From positions 853,452 to 917,451 of the forward strand of contig NW_019091361.1 of NCBI RefSeq assembly GCF_001949145.1: a stretch of 64,000 bases of DNA, given 5' to 3'. The stretch's first letter is position 1; the number at the start of each line of letters is the position of its first letter. This document shows positions 49,701-63,064 of the stretch, piece by piece. The notes beneath the pieces were generated by a model. That model made no database searches. It was not told the DNA's origin and saw only the letters and a program-made list of their open reading frames with translations. The stretch comes from Acanthaster planci. Taxonomy: Eukaryota. The position numbers were made by a program, and so were the translations under genes.

Positions 49701-49853
49701 GTCCTACAGCACCAGAAACAACACAAACGAACACTGTCAAGTCCTAAAACTCAGTCAACACTGCCAGTGAAAAGGCCCAGGACCTTTGAAACACGGACCA
49801 AAGAAAACACTGGCAAAAGGAGGGGTATCCAGGACTTCTTCCACAAGAAGTAA
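43748..49853 (+). CDS. POLI: DNA polymerase iota (Y-family), ~782 aa
   Basis: join(43748..43838,44299..44430,44772..44936,45474..45614,45850..46104,46690..46868,47184..47275,47468..47598,48691..49853) = 2349 nt in frame. Motifs: RTIVHIDIDCFYAQVEM..NP.L..KPLGIQQKYLLVTCNY, SGEDLTHYREMS, VERLGFDENFID, GVAHNKLLAKLV..HKPNDQTTL, RESRQC, PFHLTLISVCF. Two UBMs: IDPLVFAELPSELQQEL and IDQSVFKELPSDIQKEVL. Confidence 0.95.
47931..48329. other. Assembly gap (N run) in the last POLI intron
   Basis: Run of N. The flanking exons join in frame. Confidence 1.
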
Positions 49854-49899
49854 TGCAATATTAGACAAATAGCGTAAACATGTACTGTGAAGTATTTAA

Positions 49900-51110
49900 C
49901 CCTGCGACGCGTTTGCAATTTTTTCTCACAGCGCTGCAGCGGCTCCTCTTTCGTTGAGTCCATCCATTATTTCTCTGTTATTGTTGTGGTTTGGGCCCAA
50001 ATTCTGTTCTAAAGGGATCAGAATGAGTAGGTAGGCTCCCTCGACTCATATGGCTATGAATCATTGCACACAATTAGTTTCCAAAAATTTTCAGGTACTT
50101 TTTTTTGGGGGGGAGGGGACAGCACAAGAATTACGGCAGAGTGTATTTGCAACACGTGTGCAGGAAAATTGAAACATGTATTATTCTAACAAAATATCCC
50201 CTAAATAGACTGAAACTAAACTCTGAAACCATAGAGCTACAAATTCTATGAAAAAGAAAGGAAAAAATAGTAGCCAAACTGTCAAAAACTGAAAATATCA
50301 TTGAAAGTACATGTAAACCCTGAAACTGTACAAAAGCCAAACTGTACTTTCAAAACCCAAAAATTACACAGCGATTGAAACTAAACAGACTGAAAGTCGG
50401 AAACTGAAAGTGTACCAAAAAGCAAGCCAAACTGTGATTGCAAAACTGTAAACAGATGGAAACTCTGAAACCGAAACAGTCCAAAACTAAAAACTGTAAT
50501 AGCAAAAAGGATAGAAATGGCACCATATCAAAGACTAAAATTTGCCCCCCCCCAAAAAAAAAACCAGAAATAAAGAAAGAGTGGTTGATATTGTTTGACA
50601 AAGCATGCAAGTTCTGTAACGGATACAGTGGTCAAATGTTCCAATGTTCTTGGATTGGTACAGTTACTCAGCTGACAAGCACTCAACGCAGGTGATGGTT
50701 GTTGTCATCTTGGTGGTGCTGTGCTGCTTGCAGGCAAATCTGGAACATTCCAAGCAGCGACGCCTGGTCCTCTTCCGGTTGCCGGTGGGGCAGTAAGCGC
50801 ACCTTCTTTGCGGTGACAGGTCCTGGGGTGGGGGAGGTAGGGGAATGGCTGGGAACTGGACATCGAACCCCACAGCTTTGATGGCCCTAATCACGGACGT
50901 GGGTAGTCGATGGGGCTGTTGCATGCGAGTCACGATCTGTGGATTGACGAGTTCCCTGATGAGCAAGTGGGTGAAGTTGTGGCGGGTTCTGTCCTCACCA
51001 CGCAGACCAGGGTTGACTTGCAGGTAGATCACAAAACTGTTGATAACGGCACAGTTGAACAGGTGGTAAAATACCACCATAGGCCAGCGCTTGGTGATGC
51101 GGGCACAGTT
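49900..51110 (-). mobile_element. 5'-truncated piggyBac transposon remnant (transposase C-terminus and 3' end)
   Basis: Minus strand 50664..~51105 reads RITKRWPMVVFYHLFNCAVINSFVIY...RHNFTHLLIREL...RRCAYCPTGNRKRTRRRCLECSRFACKQH, the piggyBac C-terminal Cys-rich domain. A candidate terminus TTAA|CCCTGCG lies at 49896-49906, and subterminal AAACTG repeats span 50200-50500. Confidence 0.85.
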
Positions 51111-51260
51111 ATATATAGTTATAAAGAATATAGTATTTAATATTGTTATATAAAGAACATCTCACCATAGTTAAGAACTGTACATTCAAATTTGGCATTT
51201 TTAAAGAATCAAATGTTTTTAAAAGTCAACAAATTTTAGGACGATTGTAAAAAGTCCATT

Positions 51261-54158
51261 TCACAACTGCTTGCAAGTTACTTGTGCTGAGATAAAGTCT
51301 AAAATGTGCGTTACTATGACATCAACTGGCTGGCCAATATCTTCAGTTAAAATTCTTATCCCTTCCTCTGGGGCTGGTTCTTCAAGAGTTTCAAACTGGG
51401 AATCAAGTAATGCCACTGGCATGAAGTGGCTGTCTCGACCACTCATCCTTGAAGAAATGACCTCCCTGTCTCCTTTAAGATGCACAAAGGTTATGCTGTC
51501 CATGAAAGCTCGTTTCTTTGTTGGCATCTCTGGGCTGAAGCTGCTGTCGTGTCTTACCGAGCATTTCTGACGGACAGCTTCCATCTGTCCCGTGCACAGA
51601 ATTTCTCTGTAACTCCTCTTCAAAGCAGAACAGGCTAAAACGCCACCCTGGTGGTTGATTCTCCAGCTGAAAGAGGAAGTGGACAAGCTTATCTTGTACA
51701 TTTCATGAAGTATGTGAGTTTATAATCCTTGTACTGGTACACACAATGTAATGACAACAGATTAGATAGAAAACGGGCATCTTTTTGTGTCTAACTGGGT
51801 AAGAAAAAACTTTCAAAAATCTGATCTGTACAATGCACTTCTTATATTTTGATTTCCTTTATCCACACCTAGATATCTGTTTCATCCACACATAACTGTA
51901 CTGATGGACATGGCCATCATGTGGGTACAGTTTCCCCAGAATCTCTATTGGTATTGAAAGTGCAAAATATCTCGTAGGGCTTTCACTGATACATGTAAGT
52001 AGTTCAAAATTATCGTACATGTACGAGGATATCATGATTTACCTTTTCAGAATGTGATGTAAGGTAAGAAGCCATCCATGCCTGTCCTAGGGAATTGAAT
52101 CAAACAGTGAGGAAGAACTTGGAGAGACTTGGGGGAAAAGAATTGCCAACCAACTACATTTTACTTCATCAGAGGGGAGAAATCTAGCTAAACATTCTAA
52201 AGATTCTATTCATGGTGAGACCAAGCCTGATATCAACTAGCTGTGTCTGAGATCAATGCACATTCCAATGGTAAATGGCTTTAGCAGCTAGCCAGTGGCT
52301 TCCAGTTGCCACGTTACAGGCTTTTTCATATGATCAGCCATAGCCACTATATTCAGGCATGGCCTCGTTTCACTGTACACAACAACATATTGATGTAGAA
52401 AGACATTTGAAAGTTCAGACCTTTATAAAGTTTCTCGAGTTGTGGTTGGTGAATTTTGTGACTAGTGTAAAAGGAATTCCAAATGTGTGACCTACTGTCT
52501 TAAAACCACCTGTCCCAACAGTTACATTGGAATCAAAACATACTGGCATGTAGGAAAAAAAAGTTTATGTTTTGTATACATGCAGGTGCTACTTTCATAT
52601 CCTGTCGCATATTAAACCTTTTCATTCAAACTTGAAAAATGTTGTTGCTTGTGTTTTTCTCACAATATCAGATAGGTATATCTTCAGCCAATATGACATG
52701 CAGTCAGATCTGACCGCACTGCACCCACCTCATCAGTCAGGGGAATTCCCTTTGCCATTTTTTGTTTATTTGTCTCAGGGTGGTGATCATCAGCATCTAT
52801 AAATTCCCAATCAGCCTGTATGGAGGCAAAATATCAAGCACTGGAATTACTGATAAAATGTTCAGATTCTGTGACAGTTTTCGATTAAATTGTGGAGTTT
52901 AATAGTTCAAATGCTTCACTTACAGTTTTGGCGAGATGTCTGCCAACGGTAGATCTGCAAAGAGAAATAAAATACATGTATATGATTCTGAGTATGATAG
53001 GTTAATATGGCACGTCAGTACCTATTCTGCAGTAAAGGTAGCTTTGTTCCAACAACTGATCCCTGTTAGTATCATGGCTATGCTTTGGCTGGCTCACTGA
53101 ATAACCATTGTAACTGTTATGTGTACAATGCATACTCATAAACCCTACACATTTTGTTACGAAATAAAATTGAGCAAACTATGTTCGCCAAAGACTTCCA
53201 ATTACTATTGTTATGGCTTCTCTTTTTCCTACTCTTTATTTTTTTTTACGTGCATGTGTCCTTCAAATTACTCAACTGATGTGTATTGAGACACTGTCAC
53301 CGTGTACATAAGTAGTAGCGTAGTCAACGTGCTCACTGCATAGCAGGGCTGACAATGTGCATGTACATATATCATTGATAAATGCGTCCATCCACATGGT
53401 ACACAGAATACTACACAATCACCACATTTCCTCTTTCGCAATTTTGGCACGTTTAACTCGGCCTACTATTAGACATCTCCATAGTATTTCAAACCTTTAT
53501 CTGTGCACAATCAATGTTTTCTTTTTCAGATCATTTCATATGGTACATATTGTCTTTGCAAATACATTTGATGGCCGAATAAATAATCATAAAAATCATT
53601 AGCCGCATAGCAGGAGAGGCATCTGTGGCCCTCGTGCTATTTAATGTCGGTGACTGAATATGGTCGCCAGGTCCCTTATTTCACCAAAACTGACTTGACA
53701 GTAGGCCTATGTGGCAAAATTAGGGACTGGCAAATATACCGTCATGAACACTTGTGACATTGGGAAATAAGTGAATTTCCCGCTGTCTAGCCACCAAGCA
53801 TTTGAGCATTAGTTACTCATGTACACCCTAGTTTTTTTCCACTTCATTGCATCTGATGAAGTAGTTGTTGCTAAGTGCAGCATCTTATGTTAAGTTGGTC
53901 AATGAAGTGCTACCCCCGGGCCATTTTCCACTGATCATGTACACTGATGACATGTTAAGATGTAGTACATCAAACAGGTCCCAAGTGTGACCGGAACCAA
54001 AGAGAAAGGATCATCTATCATGTCTATGCTGTCGTGGCTGTGACTGCAAACCAATTAATTAAGGAAAATGCACAATTCCATCATCTATCTGTCCACGGAT
54101 GCATCCCTCCAAATATTTACTTGCCGCTTCCACAGACACCCATCAACACAACTGCCAT
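51261..54158 (-). CDS. IDNK: Gluconokinase (~201 aa)
   Basis: complement(join(51261..51666,52043..52086,52729..52815,52924..52954,54121..54158)) = 606 nt. Motifs: P-loop [77 protein letters not shown]. Confidence 0.95.
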
Positions 54159-54616
54159 TGCTGTTGTTTCTTTGCTCTATCGATCAACGTTCCTCAGAAG
54201 TCAGATTCATCATTTGATTTTGAGGGGATGACCTTGCTATAAACATGCCAAAAGCTACATAAAGTGTTTAAAAGATGCAGGCTACATGCAGCTCCCTGAT
54301 GCCCAAACTCTATATTTAGTAAGAAAGAAATACTCAAACGCATGGGGGCGTGTTTAACTTTGTATTTTCCTCTTAAATCCATGCAACGGAAGTATACAAA
54401 CGGTATCGATGCGTGGATGCATGGTACGCCAACCATGCCAAGGTACAAAACAATACGCAACTGCAGGCATCGGTACTGTCCTGCTGACGCATATATTCTA
54501 GAAGAAAGATCAGTGTGGAGAATTGCCGTACCGTGCGAGTAGTGTAGATTAATGCTAAAAAACCCCGATTCCTTGGGGATGGTTTAATATTTGTGTGTTA
54601 AAAATGTGACACATCC
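54159..54616. promoter_or_regulatory. Short bidirectional promoter region between IDNK and the FERM gene
   Basis: Divergent ATGs at 54158 (-) and 54617 (+) have 458 bp between them. The interval is locally richer in CpG than the flanking introns. Confidence 0.6.
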
Positions 54617-57600
54617 ATGGCGCGAGTATTCCAGTGCACAGTTAAAGTGCTTGATGATCAGGCTGAGGCTGTTGTCGTCGATTTTAAGGTGGGTCTGGTT
54701 GCCAGGGAGTGCTACTGGCACTGCTGGTTTTGTTTGTGCCTAGGCCTAGCTAGGCCTATAGGCTATAGTATATTATTGTATTACTAGTAGGCTTATACTG
54801 TACTAAATACAATGCTACCGTTAGTTAGGCCTAGTGCCTGCGCCTTTGTTAAGGAGTCGGGCACTTTTCAGGGTTTTTTTTTTGTTTGGCCCCCACAAAT
54901 GTACCGTTGGAAAGAGATTTTCAAAAGAAATTGAATGGTATAAAATTTAGTTCAATAGCTGTTAGTATAGTGATTTTTTTTTTATTAAATTAGGAGGCGC
55001 CTAGGTCACTTGGTGTAATTACTAATTAGTCCGTATTTGAACCACATGGACTGTCTTGTTCCTCATTGGTTCCACTTCCAGACATGCCATAGTTGGACAA
55101 AGATCTGTAGTTAAGTCACAGAAGAAGTATAAAGTAAACAATATTTTTCATTATGGAGAACTTTATCAATAATAAACATAGGATACATGTACATACAGGA
55201 CAGTTGAGTTGGGCTTGAAATATTTTGTGATGTGTGAAAGATCACTGAAGCGTAGTTTTGATGTGATATTTTGTCAACAATATAAAATATACATTTAGCT
55301 ATAAAAATAGGGGACCAAGTCTGTCAGATGTCATAAGTTACTTTAAGTCTGTTCATGTTTGACATGGTCTTTTGATAACATTTGATTAAAACAACGTGTG
55401 GTTTATGCACTTGTTATTGCACCTTGCTCCCCGTGCACCTAGCCCCACAAATAGGGCTGTAGTGGCTCTCTTTTACAATCTGTCTCTTTTCTGTCGCAAA
55501 TGTGTGGATCGTTGGTGAAGAGAAGCATACTGAGTAAAATAATTGATTAATGCCATCATAATGGGTGTGTTGATGACTTGTGTTTTATTTTGCTAATTTG
55601 ACAATGAGGGTAATTGTTTTTGTACCATTCAATTTTGTTTTCCACAGAATGGTACAGTTTTTGATTGAGTATTTTTACCCAGCCAGACAAAAGTTTACCT
55701 ATACTTTTATATACTGTACCTACCATACATGTACATGTACATTGTGCCATTGTGCAACAGAGTACTTACATGTAATTAAATTAAAGTCTATTTCATTTGT
55801 TACTTTTCAGGGAAAAAAAAATTAAATTTTAGTTCTAGGGGCTGCTTTTCACATCCCACTCCCTAAACCTGCAACATTGACATTTAAGCTTTTACCAGGT
55901 AGTACAGTGGTACATCACTGTCTATGGTGATTTTCTGGGGCTCTTATTTTGCAATTCGGGGCAAAATCACCCAGAGCCCAAGGTGAATTTTTCCCCGTCA
56001 CTTTTCCTTTTTGTGCTTGATTTGTCTTACGGGATCCATGACAAAATAACCAAACAAAACCAAAAAAAACAAACACAAGAGTATGAGTTTTCAAAAACTT
56101 GTAAAGGAGACGATGAACTACATGTTTAATGAAGCCCTTTGGGTTGCAGTTGTAAATACATGTACATGTAGTTTTGTACAGGACAAGTGCAGACAAGCTC
56201 TTCCAGATGTCATCTTGTCAGCCCGTCACTGCAGTGAAATACAGAGGCTTTTTATGGACCAATTTTGTAGAGTTGGTCATGTACATGCATCACCAGAATT
56301 GATGTCAAACTATTACTATTTGTTTGGCAGGTAATTTTCATTACTTTATCACTCTTGGAAATTACCGGTAGAAAATGTGTTCTGATCTTACAAAATCACG
56401 TGTCAGATGTGACAGGGACATGAAAACAACGGACCCTTTCATTTCAGGAATTATCCATGTACATGTTCGGTTCCTGTACATGTACTCACTTGGTCGCAAA
56501 GGCAGAATTAAATACATATTTTATAATATCCCAGCCTTTTTTTAAGTGAAACCGGATACCAGCAAAATATACACTTTATTTTTAAAAGGGCAATAAGTAC
56601 GGTCCATACATTCTCCAGCACCTGCACTTGTACTATCACATGCAAGGTCCCAGGCTGGACTGAAACGAAGAATTCCATATGGATGCCACATGACACTCTG
56701 TACCCAAACTCTATGAGTAAAAGACGGTGGAGTTTGGGTAAAGATGGAGCTTCCAAGATGAGGGTTGGGTTTTTTTTCTACTCTACTTCACCGTATCAGG
56801 TTTTAAATACCAGTACTTGTTAGAATCAAAGAGGAAGAAAAAAATCCATTACAAATTTAATGTCCCAGCATAAATGAGGCTGAAAATGGGGAGCCAGCAG
56901 AAAGCAAAAAAAAAAGAATTATTCGTGATAAAGTTCTACATGTACAATGTAGTCCTTCTTGAAATCATTACATTATTACATGGAATTTTTCATTCATTGC
57001 AGGAAATTTTTCTCACTAAGTGCCTTTACAGTGCGTACCACCTGCTTGCTTTCAGATGCATTGTCCATGCACTAGCTGGTACATAAACGTTAAATGTACA
57101 TGTACCAATAGACTTTGTTTTTGTGTTCCACTTTTTTTTTGAAACAGCACTGTGTGTGGATGTGTAGCATTTGAGAATTTGTTTGAAAAGATATTTTGTT
57201 CCCCTCTAAAACGGAGCCTAAACATACATGTAGCAAGATCTGAACCAGCCTGTCCGTTGAGTATTCAAGTATCCACCACGTATGCACGTGTATGGTATGT
57301 ATACATTGTACATGTAGGTAATTGGATATTGTGGATGTACATGGTACGTATTATTCCTCTTGCCTAGTCATGCTTGTTTTCACTTCATGCTGGGCATGTT
57401 ATAGATTACATCCATGTACATGTATGTATTGCAGTTTAACTCCGTCAACAATGCAAATGACTTTCCCATCACTTGGAGGATATAAATAAAAATTTCATGG
57501 ATATACTGGTACATGTACAAATGTTCGTGTATCGGTAGTGTACATCGATTCCCTGACCAAGTTGGCTAACGTACATGTGCATGTAACAGGCAATACGTGG

Positions 57601-60600
57601 GCATGTAAATAAACATGTACAGGTCAGCAGTACCGTCATGCGTTCTGTGCATTCTAATATCTTGCAAACTTGGTAGAGCCTGTGCGCTCATCAAATGAAT
57701 ACAGTGCACCTGCATATGTACATGTACATGCATGTATACACCATTCAGTACCGGTACATTGTACCGGTACGTACGTTGTACATGTGTATATGTGCATGTG
57801 TATATGTTTTGAGAATTCAACAAAACGATGAAATTTTGTAACAAAATTATGTGGATTTTTTATATTATTTTGTTTGTTTTTGTTTTGTATTTGAAAAAAG
57901 ACAGTCATTCTAATTAAAATAGACCATTCTCTAAAAGCTTCACATTGTCACAGAACATGCATAATTAAGTTTTTATTTGCTTTTAGAACAAGACACAGAC
58001 GTGACAGTTGTCTGTGTCTTGTACAGTTCTGGGCAAGATACTTTCAGTGCATGTAGTCATGTACATGTACAGTGTGTAAATTTATATTGGTTATCCAACA
58101 GTATGCTACGGTATCTTGCCTTGCCTGTATCTTCTCAATTTTCAGGTATCGACCGTTGTTTAAATTTTTTAATAGCATTTCTGTCCCTGGCTGTCACAAT
58201 GGTACATGTATGTTCATGTATCATGCTGACACTACACGTAATATATGTGTACATATACATCACATACATGTAATGTACATGTACAAATGTACACATGTAA
58301 ATGTTTATGCACACACTCACTTGTACAGTGCACTGTTATGAACACTTTGATTTCCATACTGAACTGCCTAACTGTGTAACCTTTCAGAAGAATGGCAGGA
58401 ATCCCATTAGTTGTCACATGGGAAATGATGGACAACTGTTTGTCTCCCTACTCATCTGTCTGTGTCCGCACAAGATGAGGAGGCAATTGAAAGCAAACCT
58501 TTGGTGATTCGACTGAATGAGTACAGTGTAGAGGTGGATTGTTACAATGTATGACATTAATGTGATGACTGAACAAGTGTGTAATAGGGAGACCAGTTGA
58601 CATGTGCCCGTGATACCTTCACAAAGTTGTTGGAAACTTTAAGATTGATCATTTAACATTCAATAAATATTGAATTTGATTTACATGGTAAATGCAGGGG
58701 TCGAAATTAATGGTGATCCGCTGGCCTGAGGCCAGTAGAAAAGTCGGCAGACCAGCTGATCTAATTTACTTGGCAAATTTAATAAAATATTGAACTGGAA
58801 AAAAAAAATCTGTGTGCATTGTGACCCAAATCAGTTGCACATGCATGTACCGTAATACAGAATGTACGTGTACATTGAATATTCCGGTAGTCAGAGTTTG
58901 AATGTGTTTCACTCTAACTGGTAAATGTGATTTCAAGAACTTTGTCATGGTCGTTTTTCAAAAAGGAATTTTTAAAACAGTACAAAACTTTGCACACGGA
59001 CAGCACAAGTACCGCTACATGTACATGTACACAAACAATACATGTATGTACATTGTACATGTACACTGTCCATGTACTGCAGGTTGTATGCCATTTTCAC
59101 AATACATTGTGTATCTGAGTTTTCATGCAGTGTCCTGTTGGTCTTTGATGCCGTGGTGTGTATGATAAAATGAATGTGCATCGACAGTATCACAATAGTA
59201 CAATATACATAACTATAGTTACTAAAGTTTGGTTCAAATCAACTTAAACTTTTCAGATGTACTAAACGCAGATGTAATGTACATGTATGGTGCATTGTAC
59301 ACTAGGGTAGATGCTGTTCATTTTACCAGTGACTTTCCCGTGCCTCTCCCATCGCTGAGTTCACAGAGGTACATGTATGGAACACGTCCAGCCAAAGAAA
59401 GCATGCTATGAGTTGCTTTTCGAAAGTTGTTGAAAACATCTCCATAACTACTCCAACTTTGTTGTCTCTTGTGCAGAAGGATGCCAAGGGCCAGTACTTG
59501 CTTGATGAGGCCTGTAGCCGACAGAACCTGGCTGAAAAGGACTACTTTGGCCTACGCTTTATCGATGGAGAAAAACAACGGGTGAGGAGAGTCTGTGAAG
59601 TGTGAAACAAATATCAGTAGCTTTTTAAAGTTGAAGGTTTGGGGAGAAATGACAGTGATGTGGGCAAGCCCTGTAGCGCACGATGTGTTTTGTAAATATG
59701 GAATTTTTTGTGCAAAAATAAAATTACAATCTTTACTGATTGCTAGGATGGTTTTGAGTCAAGTTCATTAGAACAGTTTCTGTACCGTATGTTCCAGAGC
59801 AGTGCGGCCTGATGAGGTTTTGAAATATTGTTTGCCTTCTTCAATTTTTACCACAGCATTGGCTTGACCTTAGGAAAAGCATTGTGAAACAGCTCAGAGG
59901 TAAGTGTGATGAGAATGGACATTAAAATGTAAATGATACATGTAAATCATATAAAGTTGACTGCGCCACTTGAGTACTTGTATACGTGTATGTACGCATG
60001 GACATGAATGTTTGGAGCCATCCTCACTGCAGTTCGTTCTTCGAGAGGGTGGGCAAATATGAACCTGACACAAATTTATGACTCACAGCAAATATTTGCA
60101 GTGTGAATTCACAAAACTTCAACACATTTTAGGACAGAAAACATTTGCTGGGTAAGATCTGTTATGTATGAAGTTGCTGTCTTTGCAATGAACAGGCTTT
60201 AAGTTCCTAATACCATGAATACATGGAATGATATATTGGTCATGTTGGTGGGACAGACAATTAATTAGAGCACCGTTTCTTTGATAAGAAAGTACATGTA
60301 TATACATGCAAGTCTAGTCAAGCACTGTGAATCAATAAACTCTAGCCTTGGTTCAGAAGGTTTTGCGCTTACTTTCTGTTGGACTCGAGAGTTAAGTTGT
60401 TAAGAGAATGATTGTAACATCAAATAAAGACTTGGACAATTAGTATTCAGAAAATTACTAGTGGTTAGAAGTTCTTTACACTAGTTCCTGCTTTAAACGG
60501 AATGATGCACATTTTAATCTGGAGCTTCAAAGCTACTGGTAGACAACCCAAAGTCTTAAGCTCTAGTTTGATAGTTTGTGTGTATAGGCACACTGATCAT

Positions 60601-63064
60601 GCTGATGGGGCTGACCTCAGGCATGCGAATGAGTGATGTTTTTGAAAGACCTATGACGGGCTTCATTTTTGGCGTGTGCCGTTGGAATAGTGGACTGGTT
60701 CATTCTGAGGGCTTTATCTTTCCAATAATCGATATGTAGGCACTGGCCCACCGTACACCGTGGTGTTTCGCATCAAGTACTACCCAACAAACCCGGAAGA
60801 CCTGAAAGAAGAAATCACGAAGTACCAGCTGTTCTTGCAGCTCAAGAAGGATTTGTTGCACGGACGGCTGTCTTGTACCAGTGAAGATGCAGCCTTACTG
60901 GGATCCTACATTGTGCAATGTAAGAGAGACGAGTCAACATTACAGTATGAACTCTATTGGGCATGTCAGGGAATACATGTACATGTGTCTTCCTGTGCAG
61001 TGTACATGTACTCCAGCAACCAGAATTTGGTGGCACAGTGCTCCTAGATGGGCGATATGCATGCATTGCACACTATTTCGACCAATGAAACATGAATTAT
61101 CGAATGCACATGTGCGGCAGGCTTGAGAACATGCATGTGTGTGCTATGTCACTGCAGTAATGGTATCTTCTTAAATCTGACCATAAGGGGCTGATCTGAA
61201 TAACACCCCAGCAACAATACTCGGATACTCTACGTAGTTGCTACTAGAGAAATTGTGGGGCTGTGTGTGACACTGGTTAGTCCTAGTATTTCTGCTCCTT
61301 GGACTGTTAGAGTCATAATCCCCTGCAATCATGACATTCTTGTATTGCAACTTCTTTTATGCAAGAAAAAAAAAATGCAAAATGAACTGAGTGAGCCATG
61401 TTGAACCATCTTGGGTTTGGTATGTTGGCACTTGTTCCAAGTTTTTGATACCAGGTTTTTATACTCGTTTTGTCCCTTTTCACTCTATTCAAGTTTTATT
61501 AAAAAGACATCTCCTGCAGTCCGTTGAAAATTAAACTGAACTGAAAAAAGTGTTCATGATGTTTTCATTCCAAATATAAGCCAGTGAATCAAACCAGCGC
61601 CTTTGATAGATTGTACAGTGTGAACTATCTCATGTTTCAGAACCACCAAAGCGATTCTTATATTAAAATATTGTACAGCTTGCAAATATAATTTTGTATA
61701 AACCATCTGTTTAGGGGAGGAAGGTAGGGGACGTACGTGTACATGTGGGGAGGGGAAGGGAATCGAGGAGAAACCAAGTAAACTTTCTCTGTCTGTCTCT
61801 GAATCGGCAGCCAACCTGAGAGACTATGACCCAGAGGAACACCCACCGGGCTATGCATCAGGGTTTCAGATTGTCCCCAAGCAGACGGTGAAAGTGGAGG
61901 AACGAATCGAGGAGCTGCATGAGAAGCACACTAGGTGAAGCTTCATTGTGTCTGTGTACCGGCTGCTTGCAGTGTGTGTAGACTGTAGATGTGTATGAAC
62001 GCGAAGTTTTGTTCTGAAGGGTGAGGACTAGAAGAGGCATTTTCATCCGTGTTTTATGGCTTTAAGCGATGTCTCCTCTCCCTCTGAGCAAAACTGTGGA
62101 TGTTGGTCTTTGTTTATCGTGATCTTTGGTCAGGGGAAGGTGAAAATGGAAATGTTTGTGTTAAACAACTGTCCAGTCATTTTTCATTCGTAAAAGAATG
62201 CTCCCCCGAAGAATGATGTCGTACGCGTGTTATGTGTACCTTTTCTCACATGATTGACTCCTACAACAAACAAAAAGCCAAAGAGCCAATATGTCGGGGG
62301 AGAGGGTTATCCAGTGGAGCCCTGACTGGATATGCCACTGATGTCACTATTTTTAATGAGTTGTCTTTACCAACTCCCCAAGCAGTATTATGTGTTTTGA
62401 CAAATATTAACACAATTCGCGATGAATTCCTTGTGCAGAGGACTGAAGCCCAGCGACGCAGAGTTTGCCTTCATTAAGAAAGCATTCAGCCTTGAAACAT
62501 ACGGGATTGATCCTCATCCTGTGCGGGTAAGTTCATCATGAAATGTTTGCATAAACAGGCAGCAACCAAAGCAGTAACCACCATGTGCTTCTTATACTCT
62601 CTGCTACTTGTTTTCCTTCGAGAACAGCATTAAGAGCACTTAGTGCTAGGATCAACTCATCGTGTCTTCACAGGTTAGTGTGTGACAAAGTGGTCAATTC
62701 AATCAATTATGGTGTCAGCACATACAGGTACCTGACTAGAACCATTCTTTGATACAGTGTTTGAAAGACTATTTGTCCGAGTTGAAAAACCAAGCTCGGT
62801 TGAATTCAACATCATGTATTGCAAAAGTGATGCTTAATTAGAAGCTGGTTAATCAGTTCATGTCATAACTTGGCATGTCATAACTTGACAAACTTTCTCC
62901 TTTTTGGCTAGGATATCTACGGCACTTCTCTGCACATTGGCATGAACCACACCGGTCTCTTGGTGTTCCGAGCTAACGCTGTGGTGGAAACATTCAAATG
63001 GGACGACATCAAGAAGTTCAGCTACGAGGGACGGACCTTCTTCATCCATGCTTTAATATCAGAG
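54617..63064 (+). CDS. FRMD5: FERM domain protein, FRMD3/FRMD5 family (5' part; continues beyond the window)
   Basis: join(54617..54688,59477..59581,59857..59899,60740..60919,61811..61934,62439..62526,62912..63064). Protein: [103 protein letters not shown]..|..[13 protein letters not shown]..|..[10 protein letters not shown]..|..[18 protein letters not shown]. It is probably co-orthologous to vertebrate FRMD3 and FRMD5. Confidence 0.88.

Noticed and set aside
55556..59411. Many short Cys/His/Tyr/Met-rich ORFs in FERM intron 1
   Set aside because: They are translations of TACATG simple repeats with no coding signature.
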